From contig OZ024740.1 in NCBI GenBank assembly GCA_964016885.1, positions 49,662,001-49,726,000 on the forward strand: a DNA stretch of 64,000 nt, given 5' to 3'. Source of the stretch: Eledone cirrhosa. Lineage: Eukaryota. Shown here piece by piece: positions 1 to 12,848 of this stretch (position 1 is the stretch's first letter; the number at the start of each line of letters is the position of its first letter). The translations under genes were made by a program, and so were the position numbers. The notes beneath the pieces are model-generated. The model made no database searches. It was not told where the DNA came from and saw nothing but the letters and a program-made list of their open reading frames with translations.

Positions 1-904
1 AAACAAAAAGGATATACAAAAAAGATGAATAAAACCTGTTTCGTAGTTATCATTATTCTGAAAGCTAGCTTTCAAGAAAATGTACTCTGAACGGTAAACA
101 CTCAATGTTCGACCATATAAATGGACGCAAAGCCTGCAGATTATGCTATGACGAAAAATGGTGGATATTGAATAATCTCCACGACAATAACAAATCGCTT
201 AGCACACATACAGAATTCTTCCTGCGACGTTCTCACGTTTCTAAGACCCTTCTAAATAACTGGCCTCCTTAATATTGATTTATTCGTTTCTCCCCCAAAA
301 TCATTCTAAATGTATTGATTATTTTCTTGCCCCCTCATATCTATTAGCTACTGAGCGTTTGTACGCCTTTTGCGGTCAAATTTTCTTCTCTAGACCATTT
401 AGATAATTATCTGCCCTTGTTTGGGGTTCTTCCTTTTCCCCTATGGTTCTTACATTTCAACTTGCTCTACTGACTTGAGTTGCTCAATACCTTGGATAAC
501 TTTACCAATCTATTACTGCAATATATATGTGTGTGTATGTGTGCCTCTGTATGTGTGTGTGTTTATGTGTGTTTATATGTGCATGCGTGTATGAGTGCAT
601 GTATATGTATGCATGTGTCTGTATGCTTATATGCGTAAGTGTGTTTGTGAATGTGTGTTTGTGTGCGTATGTGTGTGTCTGTGTGTCCGTGTGTCCGTGT
701 CATTAAGATCGTCTAGAATTAATAGGAATATGTTACGTTAATAACAACTGAATCCAAAATGAATAATGAACGGAGATAATTTTCAAATACATATGAAATT
801 ATTTAACAATTTGTAATTCTATTTATATTTACAGCATTATATAGAAGTTTAAAACACTATTCCATATAAGTTATCTTAGTTTCGTTAAATCAATACAGTA
901 ATTT

Positions 905-1070
905 AAATAACTATTTCTACTTTTGGCACAAGGCCAGTGCATTACTGGTACTTTATTTTATCGACCTCGTAAGGATGAAAGGCAAAGTTAACCTCGGCGG
1001 GAATTGAACTCAGATCATAAAGGGAGGTAACTCCATGCTTCAAAGCATGGCGCCCGACCCTCTACCGACA
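905..1070 (-). mobile_element. tRNA-derived SINE (octopus-type family), one of many copies in the window
   Basis: Reverse complement of the recurring unit GGATTGGCAGTATCGGTAGAG...GAGTTCAAATCCCGCCGAGGTTAACTTTGCCTTTCATCCTTACGGGGTCGATAAAATAAAGTACCAG...CCTTGTGCCAAAAGTAGAAA with A/B-box-like motifs. Other copies at ~10262-10450(+), 11845-12120(-), 15900-16055(-), 17470-17625(+), 50300-50483(+), 53380-53563(+), 56300-56445(+). Confidence 0.9.
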
Positions 1071-3120
1071 CCGATAATGAATTCCAAATTCAGTGAAAGA
1101 AAAATCGTTAGATATTTTCTGTAGAGATAATCTTTGATAATCACCCAGTAACCCAGACAGAAAAGTGTTTGTCGTAAAGTCTTGATTACATTGAACTTTT
1201 TAATGTATATTTCTTAATTTGTTTTAGATTGCGGATAAATGTGCAAGTCAAGGACAATTACATCAATCAATTTTATGACTCCAGACATATGATATTGCCA
1301 TGTTTTAACCGTTGTTTCATTTGCTGTTTTATTACTAAATTCCCTTGATATTTCAATTAAAATATTCACACATAAATGTGCTGCTGAGTTTATGTGTTTT
1401 GAAATGCTTCCAAATTATTCTTTTTGATTGATGTTTCTCCATTTCTCCATTTCTCCATTCTTTAAATGTGAACAAAGCCAACCAATTACATATCTAAACG
1501 AATTTTTATCTACCAAACAAGATGGCTATGTAGTTTCCTTTTCGTCATTTCAAGTATATATAAATGTTTTTAAACGTCTCCTTATCGTATTGTAAACATC
1601 ATAATTACTTTTAAATGACGTTCTAAACCTTAGTAATTCTGATTTCAATTTTATTGTTTTTTTTCCAATGTTGCGAATGACCAAAAATATAAAAGTTCTT
1701 AAACCAGTCATTAAACAGATGGTATGTTCGGTTTCGGAAGGGATCTAATACTCAATGTTGTTGATGCAGTTGTTTTTGTTGTTACTGTTGCTGCTGATGA
1801 TGATGATGAGGACGGTCATGTTTAACTACAAATTACTCCTGATCAAAGATGTTCCAGTTTTGAACTTCTGTTCTTTTTGTACATCCATGTCTAGATTAAC
1901 CAATATCTTCTTTCCTCTTTTTATTAGATGTTAGAATTTTATCAGAGGAGAAGCTTTTGCTACTATTTCCACGAGGTTTGAGCGAACACAACGAGACTTC
2001 CTTCAAAGAGTTTTTATATGGTGAAGATAACTATAATGTTGCTAAAATTCTTAATCTACAGTTTTGAGAAATATTCGTATGAAAAAGCAATTTTGTTAAA
2101 TACAGAAACAACCAATTCTTGATGGAGCAAACCTATCATTAAAGATATTTATTCGAAATTAGACCTTCACGTCTTTTTCTAGACACAGTGCACTTTGCGA
2201 CAGATTATCCAATGTGTTTCTCCGCAAGACTATATGGCACGATTTTCAAAATATGTGGCTATAGTTGTAGCATATCGAGCGGAGACATAGAGGCTCGCTT
2301 GTTTGCTAATGTTACCCAATATGTGACACTTGGTAGTAGAGAGGACAGGGAATTTTAAAGGGTTGAAATAAGCATTGCATATGTTTTTGTCAATTAATGA
2401 ACTTCTGTTCTATTACAATGAAATATCACAGATTCCTACTGAATAAATCAAATTACATTAGTATCCGTAGAATTATGATTACATGATTACAATGCTTGAT
2501 TTGATACTGTAATTATCTTAAAATAAGTTATTCCTCTTGCATATGTTTCTCTTTCAGTTTCAGTCTCTCTCTTTCTCTCGTTCTTGTATCATATTTCTTC
2601 TCACGCCGTCTTTGTTCTTGTTACATCTGACTAATTCATCCCATTTAAAACCTAATTAGTAATACATTACAATATAAAATCAATACATTCATTTCATCCA
2701 TCTATCATTAACATTGAGAATTATAAGTAGGTAATTTGAAAACGACCCGTGCACGCAATTCGATTTCAAATCCCTATAGCAGTGATATCACTAAATGCAT
2801 TTGATAAAGTATGTAATTCACACAACTTCATCACTTGGTAGAAGACACATTTCACCACACGTTTGAACACATTCATTAGCTGAGTTCTTTCTGTTTAAAG
2901 TATTCAAGCCAGGCACCGACATATGATTATGTTGACCTCTCGGTACACTTCCCTAGATGCTAAAAACTAAATCGAAACCCGCTGGATTATTTTCCCACCC
3001 GTGGACGATGGTCCAGCCCAGAACACACATATCATATTTTACTAGCAGTCTATTTAAACAGGAGACGTAAATATCTCAACACTTATAGCCCGTCTCTGCT
3101 GCCCAAGCTACATTCCTTAC

Positions 3121-3347
3121 TTAACCCGTTAGCATTTAAACCGACCATATCCGGCCAGAATTCTATCACCTCTTCCTGTTCAAACCGGTCATAACTTGCT
3201 ACTCATACTTATGTTAAGGTATTGTTCTCAAAATGAATAATATCAAAATCTCATAGATTCGATATTATGTGAGATATTATGTGGGATAAAGCCTTTACCA
3301 TAAACATACAACAGATATATAGAGTAATATGAATGCTAAAGAGTTAA
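3121..3347. mobile_element. piggyBac-like MITE
   Basis: TTAA at both ends with imperfect TIRs TTAACCCGTTAGCATT / AATGCTAAAGAGTTAA. Confidence 0.65.
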
Positions 3348-3399
3348 ACATCACTCCGAAAGTAAATTCCACTTTCTACTTGGATATCAGCTAAAAGGA

Positions 3400-3950
3400 G
3401 TTCGAGTTACTCAGAATCTCCCCCACTCTTCCAAATACATCTGTGAACTCTTTCAGCCACCAAAATGTTCATCGTGGACATTTAACTCGGATCACTTTTC
3501 TCTGACGTCATCGTCTTCAGTGACTTCGACGATAACAACTGTTCCTGTCTCTTCCACTCATCTTATACAGATATCACCTGCACGAAAGCCGAATAACTCG
3601 CAATTCTTAACTCTATATATAATTTAGTTTCATCTCTACAGGTATGTCTGACCGACTCAGACACTCCGAACCATTTTGATCTCGTGCTCACCTCTAAACA
3701 TAACATCTACCAGGACATGACAGTCTCTGCACCTATTAGGACGCCCGACTACCTTATCACGACTACCCACTATACAGCACATCTTTACCCATCCCACCAG
3801 ATACGTGTGCCTCCCTTCTGACCCACCAAAAGCATTTAGGGATGTGAGAGATACTATCATGTTAGTCATTTCCTTCCATATGTCACAAACAACCAAAACA
3901 CGCAGCCTAAAGTTCCCTGTAGCTGTACTGCAGCAATTCAGACAAAAACT
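3400..3950 (+). pseudogene. Degenerate APE-type endonuclease fragment of a CR1/Jockey-group LINE
   Basis: Frameshifted motifs resembling GDFN (ggacatttaac ~3476), ILDLVLTS (~3672-3696) and a PLGxSDH-like segment; C/A-rich LINE-like composition. Confidence 0.45.
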
Positions 3951-4720
3951 GTGCCCAGTAACACTACAACGCTGGGAGAAAATGTTCCACTTCACGACTT
4001 GGTTCTTTTTACTCCTGTCAGACAATCACCGGAACCACGAACGATGGTTCTGAGCGTCGTACACTCATTAAGCTGCCTTGTCTCCCAAACTGTAACCGAT
4101 CCTTTTAGTCTCTTTCCCAAACGATCTCTACTAACTTACTTAATTTCTCAACTATGATGGTCTGCAAGCAATACTCCCGTCAGAGTTATACGCGATACAT
4201 GCTCTAAGACAAAGGTTCTCAACCTATTTCGGCCCAAAAATCACGAAACGCCCCCTACCCTATTTTTCCATTTTTCAATATACTACTGATTTTAATATCA
4301 GTAGATTACTGGGCAAAATCAAGTTATGTTAGAATCTTTAAAAAGATCTTTAAAAAATACTCGTACGATTTAAATACAAAAAAGTTTCAGTCCAAAACAA
4401 AAGCAAGCTATTTCAAATTATATATTTAAAAAAAAAAGACGTGAATGTTCTCAAAGATTTGATCTCAGTCGAAAAAGCTTTTTTTTTTAATTCTATATTT
4501 CACTGTTAGCTGAAGTAATATGTGGATAGACAATTCTACAATTCAAACTGTAAAGTCAAAATACAAAAGATGCAAAATATGAAGAAATTCTTACCTTTCT
4601 CTTGAATCACAAACTCAACGGAAAAATAGTACCTTGCAAAATAAAGTGCCTCGATCACAAACTAAGTTACAACGAATGAATTGAGATGCTTGGTGACAGT
4701 GAACAAACAATATCTGTATC

Positions 4721-4778
<58 letters not shown>

Positions 4779-4810
4779 AGATCAAAAGATGGTTAAAGGA
4801 GTTCCATGTA

Positions 4811-4877
4811 TTTTATTATGCGCATTTCAAAAACAAACATCATCATGCAATAATATTTGTGTTTTCATCAGATAAAA
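4811..4877 (-). ncRNA. Type I minimal hammerhead ribozyme (mirror of 7183-7249)
   Basis: Reverse complement of the 7183-7249 motif. Confidence 0.85.
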
Positions 4878-7182
4878 CAGGAGAACATGATATGAAGGCT
4901 AAAAAACACTTGTGGATAGTGCAGTTTTAAATCAACATATGAAAAGTGGTTTTAGATTGATGTGTGATATTGGGAAAAATATTTTATTTAGAGAGGGGGG
5001 GGTGGAAAGGATGAAAAAGGGGAGGAGATGAGAGGGAGAGATGGGTGATAGAGAGAAAGAGATAGTTTTTATAACTGAGAGAAGATATATTGTTTTACAT
5101 AGAGAGGTTGAAAACCGTTGGAAGATAATGTATAAATTAAAAGAATTTGAAAATTAACGAAGGGAAAAATATGTACGAGGAAAAAATATTTTATTTAGGG
5201 AGGGGGGGTGGAAAGGATGAAAAAAGGGGGAGGAGATGAGAGTGAAGGTGGAGAGGGAGAGATGGGTGATAGAGAGAAAGAGATAGTTTTTGTAACTGAG
5301 AAAAGATATATTGTTTTACATAGAGAGGTTGAGAACCGTTGGAAGATAATGTATAAATTAAAAGAATTTGAAAATTAACGAAGGGAAAAATATTTACGAG
5401 GAAAGAGAGGGAGTTTATGTATGAAGATAGAGAGAAAAAATCATAATTGCGGATGAATATTCTAACGTCAAAAAGGTGTATGTTGATAAGTATTGTGGCA
5501 ATTTCAAAATTAACGAAGAGAAAAAATTATTAAGGTTTGTGTGTAGAAGGATTTGAGAAAAATAATGTGAAGTTAAAGTTTGTATATTGAAGGAATTGAT
5601 AATATGTGCGAAGAAAGAGTTAATATGTATTAACAAATTATTAAGGTTTGTGTATTAGATGATTTGAGAAAAATAATGTGAAGTTAAGGTTTGTATATTG
5701 AAGGAGTTGATAATATGTGCGAAGAAAGAGTTAATATGTATTAAGAATGAGTTCGTTGATGGGGAGAAAAAAATAATAAATTAAGGATGAAATTGAGATT
5801 AAAAAGTTTTATGATATAGAGAAAAAATAATAATAATTGCGGATGAATATTCTAACGTCAAAAAAAACAAATGTATATGTTATGAAGGATTTTACAAGGT
5901 GAAGATAGAATGAGGGTAATGAGTAAACAAGTATTATAGAGTGTATAATGCCCTTTGAAGTAAGGTAGGAAGATGGGTATATTTTAAAGAGGTGTATGTA
6001 TATGTGCCTTTGAGAAAAGATTCTAAATTGATAAAGAATTGAATATTAGCTGAATATTCTCAAAGGCACATATACATACACCTCTTTAAAATATACCCAT
6101 CTTCCTACCTTACTTCAAAGGGCATTATACACTCTATAATACTTGTTTACTCATTACCCTCATTCTATCTTCACCTTGTAAAATCCTTCATAACATATAC
6201 ATTTGTTTTTTTGACGTTAGAATATTCATCCGCAATTATTATTATTTTTTCTCTATATCATAAAACTTTTTAATCTCAATTTCATCCTTAATTTATTATT
6301 TTTTTCTCCCCATCAACGAACTCATTCTTAATACATATTAACTCTTTCTTCGCACATATTATCAACTCCTTCAATATACAAACCTTAACTTCACATTATT
6401 TTTCTCAAATCATCTAATACACAAACCTTAATAATTTGTTAATACATATTAACTCTTTCTTCGCACATATTATCAATTCCTTCAATATACAAACTTTAAC
6501 TTCACATTATTTTTCTCAAATCCTTCTACACACAAACCTTAATAATTTTTTCTCTTCGTTAATTTTGAAATTGCCACAATACTTATCAACATACACCTTT
6601 TTGACGTTAGAATATTCATCCGCAATTATGATTTTTTCTCTCTATCTTCATACATAAACTCCCTCTCTTTCCTCGTAAATATTTTTCCCTTCGTTAATTT
6701 TCAAATTCTTTTAATTTATACATTATCTTCCAACGGTTCTCAACCTCTCTATGTAAAACAATATATCTTTTCTCAGTTACAAAAACTATCTCTTTCTCTC
6801 TATCACCCATCTCTCCCTCTCCACCTTCACTCTCATCTCCTCCCCCTTTTTTCATCCTTTCCACCCCCCCTCCCTAAATAAAATATTTTTTCCTCGTACA
6901 TATTTTTCCCTTCGTTAATTTTCAAATTCTTTTAATTTATACATTATCTTCCAACGGTTTTCAACCTCTCTATGTAAAACAATATATCTTCTCTCAGTTA
7001 TAAAAACTATCTCTTTCTCTCTATCACCCATCTCTCCCTCTCATCTCCTCCCATTTTTCATCCTTTCCACCCCCCCTCTCTAAATAAAATATTTTTCCCA
7101 ATATCACACATCAATCTAAAACCACTTTTCATATGTTGATTTAAAACTGCACTATCCACAAGTGTTTTTTAGCCTTCTCCTG

Positions 7183-7249
7183 TTTTATCTGATGAAAACA
7201 CAAATATTATTGCATGATGATGTTTGTTTTTGAAATGCGCATAATAAAA
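7183..7249 (+). ncRNA. Type I minimal hammerhead ribozyme
   Basis: TTTTAT-CTGATGA-AAACACAAATATTATT/GCAT/GATGATGTTTGTTTTT-GAAA-TGCGCA-TA-ATAAAA: 6-bp stem I, long stem II, palindromic stem III, AUA cleavage triplet. Confidence 0.85.
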
Positions 7250-7370
7250 TACATGGAACTCCTTTAACCATCTTTTGAACTTATATTATGTATACTCCAG
7301 TCCTACAAACTGTAGAGTGCTTCTTATCCGATATCTGCATTGCTTTATTGTACTACAATAAAACTCACCT

Positions 7371-7466
<96 letters not shown>

Positions 7467-7577
7467 CGAACAAACTTGTATGTGTGTGTGTGTGAGTGTG
7501 TGTGTATATATATATATATATTTCGTTTCTGAATTTGTTTAGCAAGATTCTTTATCTGAAAACGTGTGTTGAAACCG

Positions 7578-7886
7578 ATATTGTTATACTTTGGGAGGGT
7601 CATGTTGCCAATAAGAAACACACACACCAGTTGCTTTCACTCCAATTTATCATAAATTAAATTTATAAATTTAAGAAATTTGTAAATTTCCGATTGGTTG
7701 GTTCCACAACCGGACGGTTGTTCATATATTGTCAAAGTTCTTTCGTCACACATACTGTGACCCCTTCCAACCAACCAACCGGAAATTTACAAATTTCTTA
7801 AATTTATAAATTTAATTTATAATAAATTGGAGTGAAAGCAAATGATGTGTGTGTTTCTTATTGGCAACATGACCCTCCCAAAGTAT

Positions 7887-7894
<8 letters not shown>
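7578..7894. repeat. Fold-back repeat (arms ~7578-7702 / ~7768-7894) with a partial HHR in the spacer
   Basis: Arms are reverse complements. The spacer on the minus strand reads GTCACA-GTATG-TGTGAC-GAAA-GAAC-TT-TGA, homologous to the HHR at 24397-24440. Abuts (TA)n. Confidence 0.85.
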
Positions 7895-7950
<56 letters not shown>

Positions 7951-7959
7951 GAAAAAGTT

Positions 7960-8063
7960 TGTCCTCATCAGTGGCCATCCAACCGTCGTAGGCATTTCGT
8001 CGCATTAAAGGCCATATACCTCAGGTTGGTGCGAGCAACGGCTAAAAAAAAGTCGTTGGGACA
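7960..8063 (-). ncRNA. Putative non-circularly permuted hammerhead ribozyme (mirror copy)
   Basis: Reverse complement of 8533-8635; its inserted hairpin begins CAACG/CGTTG. Confidence 0.65.
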
Positions 8064-8532
8064 CGTAAATAAAGGGGACGCTAGGGTAAACAAACAAAAT
8101 GGTTTAAGCAGCAGAAAGAGAGGAAGAAGGAAACAAGTCCCAGATTTCTATGAATATAAATTCGGTGGAATCGTGAACAAGAGAATAAAGACCATCAAAC
8201 ATGGTTGAAATGTGAGCAAGGAAGGAATTTCGCACAGGTCTAACAGAGAGTGAGTGAAAGGTGAGGAAGAGGCTAACAGAGAGAGACTGCTAGAAACGGT
8301 AAAGACACAAAGAACGAAACAGACTGGTGGCAGCGGAGGAAAAAATATATGTGTAAATATGATAAAAATTCCTTCCTTGCTCACATTTCAACCAGGTTTG
8401 ATGGTCTTTATTCTCTCGTTCACGATTCCACCGAATTTATATTCATAGAAATCTGGGACTTGTTTCCTTCTTCCTCTCTTTCTGCTGCTTAAACCATTTT
8501 GTTTGTTTACCCTAGCGTCCCCTTTATTTACG

Positions 8533-8635
8533 TGTCCTAACGACTTTTTTTAGCCGTTGCTCGCACCAACCTGAGGTATATGGCCTTTAATGCGACGAAA
8601 TGCCTACGACGGTTGGATGGCCACTGATGAGGACA
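8533..8635 (+). ncRNA. Putative non-circularly permuted (pseudoknotted) hammerhead ribozyme
   Basis: TGTCC-[TAACG..CGTTG hairpin]-C-TCGCA-CCAACC-TG-AGGTA-T-A-TGGCC-TTTAA-TGCGA-C-GAAA-TGCCT-ACGAC-GGTTGG-AT-GGCCA-CTGATGA-GGACA; all HHR core residues present, six helices. Confidence 0.65.
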
Positions 8636-8684
8636 AACTTTTTCATATGTAACCCATTTGCAGCGCCGCAGCTCCATTATTATC

Positions 8685-8805
<121 letters not shown>

Positions 8806-8857
8806 GTAAGAAATGTGTGTGTGTGTGTGTGTTTGGTACACGTCTATCTATCTATCC

Positions 8858-9254
8858 AACGGTGGGCTCAAACATGCGGCCCGCGAACTACTTTTCTATG
8901 GCCCGTGGTAGAACCAATATTCCAGATTCCATTATAACTGGTGAAAATAAAGCGGTGAGCTGGTTGAATGTTGGCACATCTGGCGAAATGCTTAACGGTA
9001 CTTCTTCCCTTTTTACGTTCCGAGTTCAAATTCCGCCGATTTCAACTTTGCCTTTTGGGGTCGATAAATTAAGTACCAGCTATGAACTGATATCGATGTA
9101 ATTGATAGGACCCTAAACCCTAAATTTCATGCCTTGTGCCTATAGTAGAAATGATTATAACTGGTGAAAATCATCATCCATCACCACGTTTGGCCCACTA
9201 TGCCTCTCCTCCAGGACGTAATGGCCCTTTTATGTACTTCATTTTGAGACCCCT
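8858..9254. mobile_element. hAT-like MITE remnant with nested SINE
   Basis: Ends resemble hAT MITE termini (GGGCTCAAACATGCGGCCCGCG ... TTTGAGACCCCT). SINE at ~8950-9160 is bracketed by repeated ATTATAACTGGTGAAAAT. Confidence 0.55.
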
Positions 9255-9551
9255 CTTCTACACATACACACACATATATATATACACTTTACTTTTTTTC
9301 TGTCTCTGGACTACGCCCATGCTGGAGCATCACCTTGGTAAGTTATGGGGACGTCAACAAACCAACAAGCATTGATGGGAGCGCAAACACAAACGTAAAG
9401 ACACACGCAGACATATATACATATATACGACTCGGTCTATCAAATCTTTTCACAGGGCTTTGGGCGGCCCGGGCAGTGGGACTGAACCTGGAAACATGTG
9501 GTTGGGAAGCAAGCTTCTTGTCACACTGCGCAAATATATATATATATATAA

Positions 9552-9619
<68 letters not shown>

Positions 9620-9863
9620 TGTGTTATCAAATTAACAATGAAAATAAAAAGAAGTCAAGTTACTTTATAACTTTGTTTTTATTTTGTTTTTATTTTTATT
9701 GTTAATTTAATACCTAATATTTGACTCTCTTTCTAAAGAATTAATTCACCGAAACACAGAACTTCTCTATGGATTTTACAAGATTACATTGAGTTCTATC
9801 CAGAGGTAGACCAGACTCAAAAAAGAAAATATATATATATATATATGTGCGCCTGTGTGTGTG

Positions 9864-9947
<84 letters not shown>

Positions 9948-10466
9948 TGGCTGCCAACTCATTTTCGAGTACGGCCACTACTTTATATCCATGTAGGAGA
10001 ACCCCTACCGATGCGCTGAACGAGTGTGACTTTTTAGTCCAGCCAGCGACTTGAAAACTCTGGTACAAACACTACACTTGTGACAATTATTGACATATAG
10101 TGCTGGGCCCATGGTACCATGTGACGACAAGTGCAGAGAGATCTCCAGATATAAAGCAACGCCTGTGTCGTGAAGCTTTTATAGTGAGCAAAGGCACCGC
10201 ACAAAGCCAGTCCCATTCTCTTAACCAAGATGATATTTACCAAATATTATATTATATTATAAGGGCGGTGGATTGGCAGTATCGGTAGAGAGTCGGACAC
10301 CATACTTTCCAGCATAGTTACGTCCCTTTACGGTCTGAGTTTAAATCCCGCCGAGGTTTACTTTGCCTTTCATCCTTACGGGGTCGATAAAATAAAGTAC
10401 CAGTAATAGACTGGGTGATTGCTGCCCTTGTGCCTAAAGTAGAAACAATTATATTATATTATATGT

Positions 10467-10510
<44 letters not shown>

Positions 10511-10765
10511 CATACATACATATATACATACATTTACCTATGTATATAGCTATGCATTTATACATTTGTATATATACATGCATTTATATTTAAGTGTGTA
10601 AGGATGTTGACATGATTTATGTTATTTTTTTGGTAAGGAGAAAATTTTGTGTCCAGATTTTGTTACCTAGGGAGATTAAATACTACAGCTCTGGCTGAAA
10701 GCTGACCAGGTTCTCAACCTCATCAAACACCAACGCCGGCCTGTGTATGTATGTATGTATGTATG

Positions 10766-10799
<34 letters not shown>

Positions 10800-11236
10800 T
10801 GTATGTATGTATGTATGTATGCATGCATGTGTGTGTATGATTGTATGTATGTATATGTATACACCCACACCTTTCATCACCATTGCTTCTTTTTCTTGTT
10901 ATTTCTGTTGAAGTTGTTCTTGTATCTGTTGTCAAAGTTGAAGTTGTCCTTATTTTCATTTTTTTTTTCTTTCATCTTTCTTTTATCTCCCTAGGTAATT
11001 CGTTGACAAGCTTCTTTTATTTATTTTCTTCGTTTTCTTCATTCAAATGCATCCACACTGGCTTTCTCAGAGACGTACAAATATGGCTTATAAAACTTCC
11101 AGTTTCCCCCTAGTGCCCCCCTAATGCGCCCTTGCTCCTAAACGTCCCACGAGGGGGGGGGGGCATATTTAGGAAACAAAATATGTAGGAAACAAAATTG
11201 GTCTAGTTATATTCTGGCAACTGTATATATATACAA

Positions 11237-11440
11237 TATGAGAGTAGGCTGAAAAGTTAATACATAGGCTGACTATGAAAGAGAGATGCTAGAGTTGTGA
11301 AATATTGCATGCATTAATTTTAACTCTTCTTATTAATAACTGCATTGTTCCTTTCCTGGGACTATGTTGAAAAATAAACCTCATTTGGTCATTCCATGAG
11401 AGTGTCTTGGTCAGCCTATGAACTTTTCAGCCGGCCTGAA
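11237..11440. mobile_element. Tc1/mariner-type MITE
   Basis: TIRs GGCTGAAAAGTT..CATAGGCTGAC / GTCAGCCTATGAACTTTTCAGCC. Confidence 0.75.
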
Positions 11441-11459
11441 TGGAAAATAAAATGACAGA

Positions 11460-11845
11460 AATGGCATAACAAATGAAGAAATAAAACTACTATGCGACAC
11501 GAAAATCCAGACAAGAAACTGAAACGTTTGAGAGCAGATCTAGTTGTATTAGAGAATGTGTAAGGTAATAAGGTGTAGCCTGCTCATAGTGAAAGGAAAA
11601 GAAAATAAGAGAGATAAACACCAGAAACTAAAGAGAGATAATAGTAATTGCGTTCTATGATCAGCTTAACCTTGCAACATTACACAAATCATACCACCTT
11701 CGTTCAACTAGAACTTTAAGATATATGATGAATAGTTGAAGACGTTGTCAGTGGCTTGATGTTCTGCAAACAAAACTGGCAGAATCACAAACACTAATGT
11801 TGTGAAACAACAACAACAGCAACAACAATAATAATAATAATAATG
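11460..11845 (+). pseudogene. Degenerate 3' end of an R4/Dong-like LINE (restriction-like endonuclease) with (AAC)/(AAT)n tail
   Basis: Eroded motifs resembling KLLWDxxIQT (aaaactactatgcgacacgaaaatccagaca), RPDLVV (agagcagatctagttgta) and DVAC; ends in an AAC/AAT repeat. Confidence 0.5.
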
Positions 11846-12757
11846 GTTTCTTATATAGGCACAAGGCCAGCAATTTTTGGGGAAGGAAAAGTCGACTTTA
11901 TCGACCCAAGTACTTCTTGATCATGATACAGCTTTGGCCGTCTCTTACTCTCTCAATGATGCAACTGGAAACAATCTGACTCTCTAGTAATGCTTAGAGA
12001 ATTCTTCCGAAAGCATGAAAGGAAAGTTGACCTCCATGGAATTTGAACTCAGAACATAAAGAGCCAGAAAAAAGTACTGCAAACCATTTTATCTGATTAA
12101 CGATTCTGCCAATCTGCCGCGTTTGGGAAAGAAGATAAAATTTCGGAAAACGAATAAGCTTAGCATATTATTAATTCACCAATAAAAACAATAAATATAT
12201 AAATACAATAAAATTAAAATTAAAATATAAATATGTCGCTGTTCCTCAATACTTTAATTGGTCGTTCCAATCTAGAATTTTCTAAAGTGGTTGTTGATAT
12301 GATGTCTCTCTTATGGTATGTGGAATATTTCATGGATTTAGGCCAAATTTATTGATTCATAGCGTTAGAATTCATACTTCTTGTATTGCACTTCATTGAC
12401 TCCTTAGGCAAGGAAACTATCTCATTTCACTTGGCTTTGATAAAAAAAAATAACTACGCATAAAATTACTTCGTTAGAAATATCTCAATTACCTTAAAGA
12501 GTTACATGGTAAAGTTTGAGTAATCCAGTTGTACTGTTTCTTAAAGAATTCTCGTGCTGGAACAAACTAGTAGAGTTGGAAATAACCATCGATGGAGTTA
12601 TTTTATTCTTTTTACTATTTCCAGTCATTGGACATCAGACAACTGTTTAGCAAATCATATCGATCTCAGTATTTATTTCAGTATAGTATGTTTCCACAAT
12701 AGCGAATTCTTAGCGTAAAAGGGGCTCAATTCGACGCCACAAATTACACCTGTGTGG

Positions 12758-12848
<91 letters not shown>

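Larger units (their letters stand above)
4771..7289. repeat. 2.5-kb fold-back palindrome (arms ~4771-6016 and ~6057-7289, 40-nt spacer), probably PLE pLTR/3'UTR-derived
   Basis: Arms are near-identical reverse complements (mirrored 73-aa ORFs at 5415- and 6436+). One ~12-nt indel near 4885/7176, internal tandem duplications, flanking (TA)n, and an HHR near each outer end. Confidence 0.95.
7947..8648. repeat. Fold-back element (arms ~7947-8230 / ~8366-8648) between (TA)n tracts
   Basis: ~283-bp arms, near-perfect reverse complements, ~135-bp spacer; each arm ends in a permuted HHR-like structure. Confidence 0.95.

Noticed and set aside
4597-4634. Possible small minus-strand exon (YYFSVEFVIQEK, followed by GTAAG donor)
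   Set aside because: Weak AAG acceptor and no linkable neighbouring exons; cannot be supported without RNA-seq or homology.
9946-10250. GC-richer insert resembling an LTR-retrotransposon integrase remnant
   Set aside because: Motifs too eroded to call.
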